Origin: Trueperaceae bacterium
Lineage (GTDB): Bacteria > Deinococcota > Deinococci > Deinococcales > Trueperaceae
Reading direction: 5' to 3'
DNA length: 64,000 nt
Assembly: GCA_965214405.1 (NCBI GenBank)
Contig: OZ243956.1
Coordinates: forward strand, 1,856,001 to 1,920,000
Position numbers and translations under genes: made by a program. Shown piece after piece: positions 29,896 to 40,472 of this stretch; the stretch's first letter is position 1; each line of letters starts with the position of its first letter. The notes under the pieces are model-generated. The model did not search any database, was not told the DNA's origin, and saw only the letters and a program-made list of their open reading frames with translations.

Positions 29896-32687
29896 AGCCG
29901 CTCAAACTCTCCCTGGGCGGCTTTACCTGTTTCCGCGAAGCCACCGACATCAGTTTTGAAGATTTGGAGCTTTTCGCCATTTCCGGCCCCACCGGGGCGG
30001 GCAAATCGACGCTTTTAGACGCCATCACCTACGCGCTTTACGGGCGGACGGCGCGCTTGGGCTCGACGGGGCTGGACGCGCTCATCTCGCCGGGTCTGAA
30101 AAACATGTTCGTGACGCTCGAGTTCCGCACCGACCGTGACACCACCTACCGCGTCACGCGCGTGTCGGAGCGCAAGGGGAGCCGGAGCCCGGACAACCAG
30201 ACGCGCATTGAGAAGCTGCAACCGGACGCGACCTGGCGGCAGCTTCCCGACAGCGAAAAAATCAAGGAGGCCAACGCCAAACTCTCCCAAATCATCGGCC
30301 TCGACTACGAAGGCTTTACCCGCGCGGTCTTGCTGCCGCAGGGGGCCTTTGACGAGTTTTTGCGCGGCAACCCGTCCGAGCGGCGCAGGCTCCTCGTGAG
30401 TCTCTTAAACCTCGGCACGGTCGAGCAAATCGGGCGGCTCGCGGGCGAGCGAGCGCGGGCCGCGCAGGGCGAGGCGGCGGGGATTCGGACGCGGCTCGAC
30501 CAGGACTACGCCGGAGCCACCCCCGCGCGGCGGCGCGAACTCAAAGATGAGCTAGAAAATCTCAAGGCGCAGAAAACCAGGTGTGAAGAGGAGCGCGAGG
30601 CGGTGGCGCAGACGCTAAAGGAGCTCGAGGCGGTGGCGGCGCTCCTTGAGGAGCAAGCGGGGGTGGCGCGGCAGCTTGCCACGCTAAAGGCGCAAGAGGG
30701 GGAGGTTGAGGCGGCGCGGAAGACTCTCACGCTGGCGCAGGAGGCGGCGCGGGTGACGCCTCACTTGACTGTTTTGGACGACCGCCAGCGCAAGTTGGAC
30801 GCGGCGCGGTTCGAGCAAGAGGCGGTCCATAAAGCTTCTCACGCGGCGCAAGAAGCGGCGCACGTCGCCGAAACGCGCTTCGCCGAGGCGGAAGGGAACG
30901 CGGCGAGGATACCCGAACTTGGGGAGAGGCTCGAGGCCCTGGCCGAACTCCGGCCCCTCGTCCGGCTGCTCCGGTCTCGAGGGGGGGACTTGTCGCTGGC
31001 CGACGGAGCGAGCACGGCTGACGCTTACGACGAGCGCGCCTGGGACGCGCTTCAGGCGCTGATGGCGGGCTTGCCCACGCTCAAACGCGCGCGGCGGGAG
31101 GCGGGGGAGGCGCAACAGGCTTTAGAGGGCGCAAAGGCGACGGTGCAAAAGGGCGAGGCGGACGCCGCGGCGCTCCGCAGCAAAGTTGAGAGCATCAAAG
31201 AACGGGGCCGCACCGCCAGAGAGCGCAAGACCGGGGCGGAAGAAGCGTACAAACGCGCTGAAGTCGAAAACCGCGCCGCCGCGCTCCGCACGCACCTCCA
31301 CGTGGGCGAGCCCTGTCCGGTCTGCACGCAGCAGGTGAAAAGGCTCCCGCCGGAAACGCACACCGATTTGCCCCGTTTGGAACGCGAAAGAGACGCCGCT
31401 AACGAGGCGCTTGAAAGGCTTCTGGACGAACACCGTGACGTGAGCGGCAAACTGGACACCCTAAAGGCGCGTTTGGAGGACTGGCGGGGCGAGGTCGCCA
31501 AAACCGAGGCGGCGTTGGGGCGGTCGCAGCAGGGTTTGGCGGAGGCGGGCGCGGGTTTCGCGCGTTTCCGTACGGACGAGCCGGAGGCGTTGGAGAAACT
31601 TCTGGAGGGTCAACGTAAGGGACTTCTCACCCGCCTCGCCCAAACCATCCGCGCCCGCGCTCACGGCCTCGACCCGGAGCGCGCCCACGCGCAGCTCACG
31701 GCGGAGCGCAAGGGGCTGCAAGAGGCGTTTGAGGCCGCGCGTACGAAGCGAGAAGCTGCGCGGCGCGCCCTCGAGACCCACCAGACCAAACTCGAGCTGC
31801 TCTCCGCGCGGCTCTCTGAACGCGTTGAAGAAACCGAAAGCGCCGCCCGAACCTTTGAGGAGGCCCTAACGCGTACGGACTTTCAAAACGCCGCCGAGGT
31901 GCGCGCGGCGGCGTTGGCCGAGGCCAGAATGGGGGTGCTCGAGACGCGCGTCAAGAGCTTCCAAACCCAACGCGACGCCGCCGAACGTAAAGCGGTCGAA
32001 CTCGAGGCGGCGCTCGCGGGGCGAACGCTGGACGAGGGGACGCTGGCGGACGCGAGAGCGAGGCACAAGGACCTTGAAACCCTGCTCGGAGAGGTGCAGC
32101 GGCGTTCGGGCGGGGCGGCGGAGGAGTTGGACGGGCTCGAGCGCCTCTTAACGCGCGCCAAAGGGTTACGCGAACGCGAGACCGCGCTCCACGGCGAGCA
32201 CGCCCTCTACCGTCAGCTCGCCCTCGACCTGCGCTCGAACGCGTTCCCCGACTTTCTCATGACGCGGGTGCAGGCGACGCTGGCCGCGCGCGCCTCGCAG
32301 ATTATCCGCGAGGTGACCGAGGGCCGCTACGACCTGCTCTTCACCGAGGGCGACTACCACGTCTTGGACACCTGGAACACGGGCGAACTGCGGAGCGCCA
32401 AGACGCTCTCGGGCGGCGAATCGTTTGTTACCAGCCTCGCGCTCGCGCTCGCGCTGTCGGACATCTTAGCGGGCAGCAAGGCGCTGGGCGCGCTTTTTCT
32501 CGACGAAGGCTTCGGCACCTTGGACGCGGAAACGCTCCATTCGGTCACCGAGGTGTTGCAGGCGCTTACCGCCCAGGGCCGCATGGTCGGCGTGATTACC
32601 CACGTCACTGCGCTCTCCCAAAGCCTCCCCAACCGCCTCATGGTTCAAAAGGGGCCGGGGGGGTCATCTGTGTCTTGGGACGGCTGA
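29892..32687 (+). CDS. sbcC: Nuclease SbcCD subunit C (Rad50-like SMC ATPase)
   Basis: GPTGAGKS, LLPQGAFDEFL, zinc hook PCPVC, LSGGESF and LDEGFGTLD. Confidence 0.95.
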   Translation: MKPLKLSLGGFTCFREATDISFEDLELFAISGPTGAGKSTLLDAITYALYGRTARLGSTGLDALISPGLKNMFVTLEFRTDRDTTYRVTRVSERKGSRSPDNQTRIEKLQPDATWRQLPDSEKIKEANAKLSQIIGLDYEGFTRAVLLPQGAFDEFLRGNPSERRRLLVSLLNLGTVEQIGRLAGERARAAQGEAAGIRTRLDQDYAGATPARRRELKDELENLKAQKTRCEEEREAVAQTLKELEAVAALLEEQAGVARQLATLKAQEGEVEAARKTLTLAQEAARVTPHLTVLDDRQRKLDAARFEQEAVHKASHAAQEAAHVAETRFAEAEGNAARIPELGERLEALAELRPLVRLLRSRGGDLSLADGASTADAYDERAWDALQALMAGLPTLKRARREAGEAQQALEGAKATVQKGEADAAALRSKVESIKERGRTARERKTGAEEAYKRAEVENRAAALRTHLHVGEPCPVCTQQVKRLPPETHTDLPRLERERDAANEALERLLDEHRDVSGKLDTLKARLEDWRGEVAKTEAALGRSQQGLAEAGAGFARFRTDEPEALEKLLEGQRKGLLTRLAQTIRARAHGLDPERAHAQLTAERKGLQEAFEAARTKREAARRALETHQTKLELLSARLSERVEETESAARTFEEALTRTDFQNAAEVRAAALAEARMGVLETRVKSFQTQRDAAERKAVELEAALAGRTLDEGTLADARARHKDLETLLGEVQRRSGGAAEELDGLERLLTRAKGLRERETALHGEHALYRQLALDLRSNAFPDFLMTRVQATLAARASQIIREVTEGRYDLLFTEGDYHVLDTWNTGELRSAKTLSGGESFVTSLALALALSDILAGSKALGALFLDEGFGTLDAETLHSVTEVLQALTAQGRMVGVITHVTALSQSLPNRLMVQKGPGGSSVSWDG

Positions 32688-33020
32688 ACGCGGCCCCTTT
32701 CCCTTTCACGCCTCCTTTGCGCCCCCTTTGGCCGCACCTCCCGCTAAAAGGGTTAAGATACGGGTCTTGTGAGAATAACGCCGACACTTCGTAGAGCCAG
32801 CGTGAAGAGGTGCGTCATGAAGCGCGACGAGAACGGCAAGTTGAGACGTGTAAAAGCGGATACGTCACCCCCGGGAACGGTACCGGTAGCACCCGCGCCG
32901 AAAGGTCACGTCTCTCACGCTCATAGAAATCATGAGAACCACACGTGTAAAGACTGTGGGACGCTCGAGCGTCAGCCGATGCAAAAAAGTTGCAGACTTT
33001 ATAGCCGCGCATCCAGACGC

Positions 33021-33048
33021 ACATCCAGATGGTGCGGTAGAGGTGTAA
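33021..33048 (+). promoter_or_regulatory. Candidate ECF autoregulatory promoter (ACATC-N17-GTGTAA)
   Basis: Ends 7 nt before the sigma ATG; the same bipartite motif recurs upstream of the CHRD gene. Confidence 0.45.
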
Positions 33049-33055
33049 CGCTTTA

Positions 33056-33589
33056 ATGGAGTTTAGGGACACCGACGAGTTGCTGGTCCGGCGGATGGCC
33101 GCGCACAACGAGGACGCGGAGGCCGCGCTGGTCGAGCTTCACAAGCGCTACGCGCCCTATCTGGCGGCGGTCGCCCGGCGGATGCTCCGCGACCCCGACG
33201 AGGTGCAGCAGAGCGTTCAGGACGCCTTTGTACGCGCCTGGGAGGCGGCGGACCGGTTCGACCCGGAGCAGGCGAGCGCCAAAACCTGGCTGGTGACCAT
33301 CGCGCACCGCCTGGTTTTGAACCGGATAAGGGGCACCAAGCTCGTGCTGATGCCGCTCGAGACCTGGGACGCGCCGACTAAGCCGCCCGACCACTTGGAG
33401 CGCATCGAGCTCGAGGGGGCGCTGTCAGAGCTCGAGGAGGAGGAGCGCGAACTTATCGAACTGGCCTTTTACGAGGGGCACTCGCACCGCCAGCTCGCCG
33501 AACTGACGGGCAAGCCCCTGGGCACCGTCAAGACGAAACTTCGCACCGCGCTGGGCAAGCTGCGCGAGACTTTGGGAGGAGAGCTGTGA
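33056..33589 (+). CDS. ECF RNA polymerase sigma factor (SigK-like)
   Basis: VQDAFVRAW..A.RFDP..SAKTWL region 2; LAFYEG.SH..PLGTVKT region 4. Confidence 0.92.
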   Translation: MEFRDTDELLVRRMAAHNEDAEAALVELHKRYAPYLAAVARRMLRDPDEVQQSVQDAFVRAWEAADRFDPEQASAKTWLVTIAHRLVLNRIRGTKLVLMPLETWDAPTKPPDHLERIELEGALSELEEEERELIELAFYEGHSHRQLAELTGKPLGTVKTKLRTALGKLRETLGGEL

Positions 33590-34494
33590 CCGTAGACCAA
33601 GACATCCTTGTCGCCTACGTTTTGGGCGGCCTCTCCCCCAGCGAAGAGGCGGCGGTGGCGCAGCACCTCAGGGCGCATCCGGACGAGGCGGCGTGGGTGC
33701 GAAGGTCTTTCGAAACGCTCGCAGCTTACGCGCTCTCCAACGCACCCGAAGCCGTGCCCGATGACGCCGAAACGAAGCTGCTGGCGCGGATTCAGAGAGC
33801 GCCCGCCAGCGTAGCCAAAAACCCAGCCAAAAACCCAGCAGCCAGGGTTACGGTAGGGAGGAGCGTTGTATCTGACGACACCGTGGCCGACGGAGCTTTG
33901 GAGGGTGAGTCTAAAAGCGGCGAACCCACCATCAGTAAATCTATAAACGGCGAACCTGTAGCCACCAAAGTAGCCACCAAAGCCGAATCAAGCGGCGCAA
34001 CGGGGGCTGAACGAGAACCAGAAGCAGTAGAAGAGCCGGGAGGGACGCGGAACGCGCCGCCGTGGACGTCACGGACGCTGTGGTTGGGGCTCGCAACCGC
34101 CGCGGCCATCCTTGTTTTGGTCTGGCTCAGCGTGTTCGAGCCGCGGAGTCAAAACGCGCAGATTGCGAGGGAGTTAGAAACCCTCTGCGCGAACCAAACC
34201 AGCACCTGTCAAACCTTGACCAACAGCCAGAGCGAACCCATCGGCACCGTTGCGCGCCGCGCCGACAACAGCTTTTTGGTCGTGTTTGATAACGACCCGC
34301 CGTCTGATAACGTCTATCAGGCTTGGGAAATTGTGGGAGACACACCCACGTCTTTAGGAACCTTTGACAGCCGCGTCGTCAACGTCACGGCCTCGTTGCC
34401 CGCGGGAAGTACGTTCGGGGTGACGCTCGAGCCCTCCGGCGGCTCCCCGCAGCCGACGAGTACACCTATCGCCCTGTACCCACTGCCGGGATGA
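33586..34494 (+). CDS. Anti-sigma factor, RskA-like
   Basis: AYVLGGL N-terminus, one TM helix, YQAW and FGVTLEPSGGSPQPT; GTGA overlap with the sigma gene. Confidence 0.88.
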   Translation: MTVDQDILVAYVLGGLSPSEEAAVAQHLRAHPDEAAWVRRSFETLAAYALSNAPEAVPDDAETKLLARIQRAPASVAKNPAKNPAARVTVGRSVVSDDTVADGALEGESKSGEPTISKSINGEPVATKVATKAESSGATGAEREPEAVEEPGGTRNAPPWTSRTLWLGLATAAAILVLVWLSVFEPRSQNAQIARELETLCANQTSTCQTLTNSQSEPIGTVARRADNSFLVVFDNDPPSDNVYQAWEIVGDTPTSLGTFDSRVVNVTASLPAGSTFGVTLEPSGGSPQPTSTPIALYPLPG

Positions 34495-34651
34495 ACGCGG
34501 CATGAACGCGGTGGTTTTATACGCCCGCCAGCCCCTTCATCATTCCTTGGTTGATGCCCCCGGACGCGTGTACAATAGTCCAAATTACGTTTCCTCGACG
34601 ATGCACCGCGCTACACTCAACATGGTTCAAATGTGTGTTAAGGAAGGTTCG

Positions 34652-34678
34652 ACATCTCTTTACCACACGAATGTGTAA
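34652..34678 (+). promoter_or_regulatory. Candidate ECF target promoter (ACATC-N16-GTGTAA)
   Basis: Second copy of the motif seen at 33021. Confidence 0.45.
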
Positions 34679-34733
34679 AAACTTTTAGAAGGACTTGCTT
34701 GAAGAAAGACCAAATCGAAAGGGAGTGTGCAAC

Positions 34734-35528
34734 ATGAAACGAATGCTTTTAGTTTTAGGCCTCATGGTTTCGCTTATGGCCTACGCCCAAGATACCGGCG
34801 GGATGACCGGCGGCATGGACATGACGGGTGGCGACATGGGCATGACCGGCGGGATGGATATGACCGGTGGTGATATGGGTATGGACATGACCGGCGGGAT
34901 GGATATGATGACGGGCGGTATGACGGGTGGGATGGACATGATGACCGGTGGCATGGGCATGATGGGCATGAACATGGTGGAGGTAACGCTGTCCGGTTCG
35001 CAGCAAGTTCCCCCTGTTGAAACGTCCGCCACGGGCTCCGCGACGGTTAGCTTGGACGGCAGCACGCTCACGGTCCAGGGCGACTTCTCCGACCTGAGCA
35101 GCCCGCTTGTCGAGATTGCGGGCACGCCCGCGCACATCCACATGGCACCCGCGGGCGAAAACGGCCCCGTCATCATTCCGCTCAACGTGAGCGCGGACGC
35201 GGACGGCTCGAGCGGCATCTTTAGCGTTGATGCCGATCTTACGCCCGAACAAGTGACGGCCTATGAAGAGGGTAACCTCTACATCAACGTTCACACCGAG
35301 ATGCACGAGAGCGGCGAACTCCGCGGCCAGATTACCCCCGGAATGATGGGCGACATGAACATGACGGGTGGGATGGACATGACCGGCGGCGAAGACATGA
35401 TGGACATGACCGGCGGTGACATGGACATGGATATGACCGGCGGGATGGACATGACGGGTGGCGATATGGGCATGACCGGCGGGATGGATATGACGGGCGG
35501 CATGACCGGCGGCACCGGCGGCAACTAA
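34734..35528 (+). CDS. Secreted CHRD-domain protein flanked by Met/Gly-rich (MDMTGG)n repeats
   Basis: Signal peptide ending AYA; CHRD motifs LSGSQQVPPV, AHIH..AGENGPV and LYINVHT..GELRGQI. Confidence 0.88.
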   Translation: MKRMLLVLGLMVSLMAYAQDTGGMTGGMDMTGGDMGMTGGMDMTGGDMGMDMTGGMDMMTGGMTGGMDMMTGGMGMMGMNMVEVTLSGSQQVPPVETSATGSATVSLDGSTLTVQGDFSDLSSPLVEIAGTPAHIHMAPAGENGPVIIPLNVSADADGSSGIFSVDADLTPEQVTAYEEGNLYINVHTEMHESGELRGQITPGMMGDMNMTGGMDMTGGEDMMDMTGGDMDMDMTGGMDMTGGDMGMTGGMDMTGGMTGGTGGN

Positions 35529-35549
35529 CGTAATCAACATTCAGGTTTG

Positions 35550-35583
35550 AGTAAGGGCATCTCAGAGGTGCCCTTACTTTTTG
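35550..35583 (+). terminator. Intrinsic terminator overlapping the nrdR stop codon
   Basis: AGTAAGGGCAT-loop-GTGCCCTTACT-TTTT. Confidence 0.75.
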
Positions 35584-36059
35584 CTTTTTTCCCTGCTGTC
35601 TCTGGTTTCTTTCTCTGCGGGGTCGCCCAACTGCTTGATCTCGTCGATAAAGCGGTCTACCGAGTCGAAGTCGCGGTAGACGCTCAAAAAACGGATGTAC
35701 GCCACGTCGTCGAGGCTTTTGAGAAAGCGGAGCGCGCGCATCCCGATCTCTTCCGAGGCCACCTCGGGCACCTGCACCTCGTCTTCAAAGGCGTACGCGA
35801 ACTCGCGCAGTTGCTTTTCGGTCACGGGCCGCTTGTTGCTCGCAATGCGCAGCTTGTTGAGAAGCTTGTCGGGGTTGAACGCCTCGAGCCGACCCGAGCG
35901 CTTTTTGACCATCAAGACTTCGAACTGCGCGCGTTCATAGGTGGTAAAGCGGCGTCCGCAGTTCGAGCACTCGCGCCGCCTGCGGATCGCGCTGTTTTCG
36001 TCCGAGGGCCGCGAATTGACCACGCGGGTGTCAGAAGACGAGCAAAAGGGACATTTCAC
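35574..36059 (-). CDS. nrdR: Transcriptional repressor NrdR
   Basis: MKCPFC, IRRRRECSNC..RFTTYE, ATP cone and AYIRF.SVYR. Confidence 0.96.
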   Translation of the reverse strand: MKCPFCSSSDTRVVNSRPSDENSAIRRRRECSNCGRRFTTYERAQFEVLMVKKRSGRLEAFNPDKLLNKLRIASNKRPVTEKQLREFAYAFEDEVQVPEVASEEIGMRALRFLKSLDDVAYIRFLSVYRDFDSVDRFIDEIKQLGDPAEKETRDSREKSKK

Positions 36060-36074
36060 GCCTCACCCTAAGCC

Positions 36075-37004
36075 TTAGCGGGTGTTTTCGGAGCGCTCGA
36101 GCCTCGAGGGCAGCGCGTTGTAGCGCTCGGCCTCGTCGTCTTCAGTGGGGTCGCCTTCGTCCTCGAGGCCGTACTCGGAGTCATAATCGTCCTCGCCTTC
36201 CACATCCTCGTCTAGCTCCCCGTCCTCCCCCAACATCAGCTCGCCTTCCATATCCTCGTCGTAAAGGCTCGCCTCCAGATCGTCCTGCCGGACGTTTTCA
36301 TCCAGCGCAGCGCGGACTTCGGGCAAGAGCGATTCGATGATGCGGGGCGGGGGCGGCAGCGTCACGTAGAAGCGGTGACCGGAGAGCCCGACCGCCTCGT
36401 CCGAGCCCAGGTAGCGCACGCTTTTGACCAGCGGCGCGTCGTGCAGGGGGTCCGACGCGGGGCGCGAGGGCACCACCACGTTGACGCGCAGCGTGTCGTA
36501 ACGCGCCTCGAAGCCCGCGGCCATCCGGGTGATGGCGCCCCGCACCGCGACCATGTGGGGTTCGGTGGCGCTTTTGGGCGGGCTCACCAGCACCAACCAG
36601 GCGTTGTTAAGGAGGCGCGCCGCCGTTTTGAGGGTCAGGAACGTGCTCCGCACGTTCTCGTCCAGAAGCTCGCCGAACTCGTTCTCGCTGAGGTCGCGGA
36701 AGCGGGTGTGGCTTTCGAACGAGGCCACATGGACCACACCCGAGATGTCGCCGAAAATCTCGAACACCTTTTCAAAGGCGTTTTGTACGTCCATCTGGGT
36801 GGTCATGTCGGCCTGAATGGGAATGGCCTGGCCGCCCCCCTCTTCGATTTCCGCGGCGGTCTTCGAGGCCAGATCCACGTCTCTGTCGGCGCAGACCACG
36901 TCGTAGTCGGCCTGGCCGTAGGCGAGCGCGATGGCCCGACCGAAGCCCTGGCCGACGTTGGTCACCAGAACTACGCTGACCGTGCTTTGGGGCGTCATCG
37001 TCAT
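36075..37004 (-). CDS. Atypical SDR-fold protein with a long acidic C-terminal tail
   Basis: VLVTNVGQGFGRAIA Rossmann start; no YxxxK; D/E-rich last ~70 aa. Confidence 0.75.
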   Translation of the reverse strand: MTMTPQSTVSVVLVTNVGQGFGRAIALAYGQADYDVVCADRDVDLASKTAAEIEEGGGQAIPIQADMTTQMDVQNAFEKVFEIFGDISGVVHVASFESHTRFRDLSENEFGELLDENVRSTFLTLKTAARLLNNAWLVLVSPPKSATEPHMVAVRGAITRMAAGFEARYDTLRVNVVVPSRPASDPLHDAPLVKSVRYLGSDEAVGLSGHRFYVTLPPPPRIIESLLPEVRAALDENVRQDDLEASLYDEDMEGELMLGEDGELDEDVEGEDDYDSEYGLEDEGDPTEDDEAERYNALPSRLERSENTR

Positions 37005-37324
37005 AACTTGACAGCATACTGGTCGCGCGCCTCCTTCACAAGGGCGTAACGCGGATTGTGAGGTGAGGCTGGCGGAGAAGTGTTGATGGTGATGAGATAA
37101 AGGAGCGGGTGCAGAGCGGTAAAACAGAGCGGTGAAAGCGCCTCCCCGTCTCCCCTGCGCCTCATCTCCCTCGGGCTCTTTGTGAGTTCGCTCGAGCCCC
37201 GCACCCTCACCGATAACCTTATCCATGAGAAGAGCAGGTTACAATGGCTGCGATTTGGTTGGTTTGGCTTTGGGCACCGTTTTATGCGCAATGATTGACG
37301 CGGCGCGCTCGAAGAGGAGACGCT

Positions 37325-38183
<859 letters not shown>

Positions 38184-38200
<17 letters not shown>

Positions 38201-39134
38201 AAAGCCGATTGACGAGTTGGAAGCGCGCATCAACGACATGCGCCTCTACGCCGCCGAGCAGGGCGTCGACGTGGGCGAGGAGATCGCGCTCCTAGAAAAG
38301 CGTTTGGAGCGGCTTCAGGAAGAAACCTTCGCTACGCTCACGCGCTGGCAGCGGGTGCAGGTGGCGCGGGCGCCGGGGCGGCCCACCGCGCTCGACTATA
38401 TCGGGCACATCTTTAGCGACTTTACCGAACTCCACGGCGACCGCACCTTAGGCGACGACCCGGCGATGGTCACGGGGATGGCGAGCTTCGGGGGTCGGAC
38501 GGTCGTCATCGCGGCCCAACAGAAGGGGCGCGACACCAAGGAGAACATCCACCGTAACTTCGGCATGGCGCATCCCAGCGGCTACCGCAAGGCGATGCGG
38601 ATGTTCGACTTAGCCGACAAATTCGCCCTACCCGTGGTGACGCTGATCGACACGCCCGGCGCGTATCCCGGCATCGCCGCCGAGGAGCAGGGGCAAGCCT
38701 GGGTTATCGCCGAGAGCATCCAGCGGATGAGCCGTCTTAAAGTACCCGCGGTGAGCATCGTGATTGGCGAGGGCGGCTCGGGTGGGGCCTTGGCGATCGG
38801 CGTCGCCAACCGCGTGCTCATTTTGGAGAACGCCATCTACTCGGTGATTTCGCCCGAATCCTGCGCGGCGATCCGCTGGCGCGACGCGGGCGAGGCGCCC
38901 AAGGCGGCGGAGGCGCTTAAGTTGACCGCTCGGGACTTGCTCGAGCTAGGCGTCGTCGACAAAGTCATCGAAGAACCCAGCGGCGGCGCGCACCGCGACC
39001 CCGTCACCGCGATGAACTGCGTGGCCGAGACTTTGCGCTGCGAACTCGACGGTCTCGCCGGGATGTCCGAAAAGGAAGTTCTGGCAAACCGCCACGACCG
39101 CTTTCGCAAGCTTGGCCGGGTGGCGGTACTGTAG
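38184..39134 (+). CDS. accA: Acetyl-CoA carboxylase carboxyltransferase alpha subunit
   Basis: [28 protein letters not shown] and YSVISPE. Confidence 0.96.
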
Positions 39135-39176
39135 ACCGCCACGCCGTTTGGGTTGTATATCTCAGCTATACACCGT

Positions 39177-39303
39177 CAATACTTCGGACAGGTTTTGACG
39201 CGAAATCTAATTTATCTCGTCTATGACGCAAATCTTCTGAACAGAAGTCATATTAAGGAATAACGTCCCTGACGCGCTTTTTACACAAGTGTCCGAAGTA
39301 TCG
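39177..39303. mobile_element. 127-bp MITE-like element
   Basis: Terminal IRs CAATACTTCGGACA / TGTCCGAAGTATCG (13 of 14 match); AT-rich non-coding interior. Confidence 0.6.
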
Positions 39304-39352
39304 TATCGGAAAAGTTGCACGTTATAAGTTAGGCATTATCAGAACCAAAAAA

Positions 39353-40414
39353 TCAAGGCTGGAAAAACGTCGTTTCACCGTCCAAACGCCCAATAAACGC
39401 GGCGATGAGCGCGATGACGTTTTCCAAATCTTTGGGGTCGATCATCTCGTTGGGCGAGTGCATGTAGCGGTTGGGAATCGACACCACCGCCGTCGGCACG
39501 CCGCCCTGGTTTTTGGCGATGTCGTCGGCGTCGGTGTAGGTGTTGCGCGGCGCGGTCTCGATGGTGTAGGGAATTCCTTCAGCCTCGGCGGTGTCAATGA
39601 GCCTATTGAACACGCCCCGGTGGACGTACGAGCCAACCGACAACGAAGGCCCCGAACCGAACGCCACGTCGCCCTCGCGCTTTTTGTCGACGCCGGGCCG
39701 GTCGGTCGCGTGGGTCACGTCTACAGCGATGGCGACCTGGGGCTCCAAGGTGTGCGAGGCTACGTACGCCCCGATGCCCCCGATCTCCTCTTGCACCGTC
39801 GCCACCGCGACCACCTCGGCCTGAGCACCCGCCTCGGCGGCGCGTTTGGCGGCCTCGAGCACGATAAACGCCCCGATGCGGTTGTCTATCGCCTTGCTGA
39901 CCAACCGCCCGTTCAAAAGTTCCACAAAAGGCTGCTCAATCACCGCAAAGTCACCCGCGCGCACGTGTTTTTTGGCTTCTTTGTCGTCTTTCGCGCCGAG
40001 GTCTATCCACATATCTTCTAACTTGGAGACCTTGTTGCGCTCGTCTTGCGTCATCAGGTGAATGGGCTTCTTGCCGATGACGCCCACCAACTCACCCTTA
40101 TAGCCCACCACCCGCACGCGCTGCCCGATGAGCTGCTGCGGGTCCCAACCGCCGACGCCCTTAAAGTAAAGCAGGCCGTTATCGTCGATGTAGGTAATGA
40201 TGAGGCCGATCTCATCAATGTGCCCCGCCAGCATGACGCGCGGCCCGCCGCCCTCATTAAAAGTAGCAAAGGTGTTGCCGTAAGCGTCGGTACGCATCGC
40301 CGCACCGTAACCCTGCGCCTGCTCGCGCCACGCGCCCGCCGGGCGAGATTCGAACGAGGAGGTGCCGGGGGCACAGAGAAGGCGTTTGAGAAAGTCTTTT
40401 TGAGGTTTTTTCAC
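39353..40414 (-). CDS. M42-family metallo-aminopeptidase
   Basis: AGHIDEIG, KAIDNRIG, TVQEEIG, AVDVT and RYMHSP. Confidence 0.93.
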   Translation of the reverse strand: MKKPQKDFLKRLLCAPGTSSFESRPAGAWREQAQGYGAAMRTDAYGNTFATFNEGGGPRVMLAGHIDEIGLIITYIDDNGLLYFKGVGGWDPQQLIGQRVRVVGYKGELVGVIGKKPIHLMTQDERNKVSKLEDMWIDLGAKDDKEAKKHVRAGDFAVIEQPFVELLNGRLVSKAIDNRIGAFIVLEAAKRAAEAGAQAEVVAVATVQEEIGGIGAYVASHTLEPQVAIAVDVTHATDRPGVDKKREGDVAFGSGPSLSVGSYVHRGVFNRLIDTAEAEGIPYTIETAPRNTYTDADDIAKNQGGVPTAVVSIPNRYMHSPNEMIDPKDLENVIALIAAFIGRLDGETTFFQP

Positions 40415-40472
40415 GGGCTACTGTACCACCCCTAAAGCTCTCCTTTTGGAGACGCAGACCCAAACGCCAGGC

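Noticed and set aside
32769..33056. 95-aa ORF upstream of the ECF sigma
   Set aside because: No recognisable family or RBS, and it overlaps the likely promoter region.
34795..35520. CRISPR-like array in the ATGACCGGCGG repeats
   Set aside because: These are in-frame coding repeats with synonymous variation and no unique spacers.
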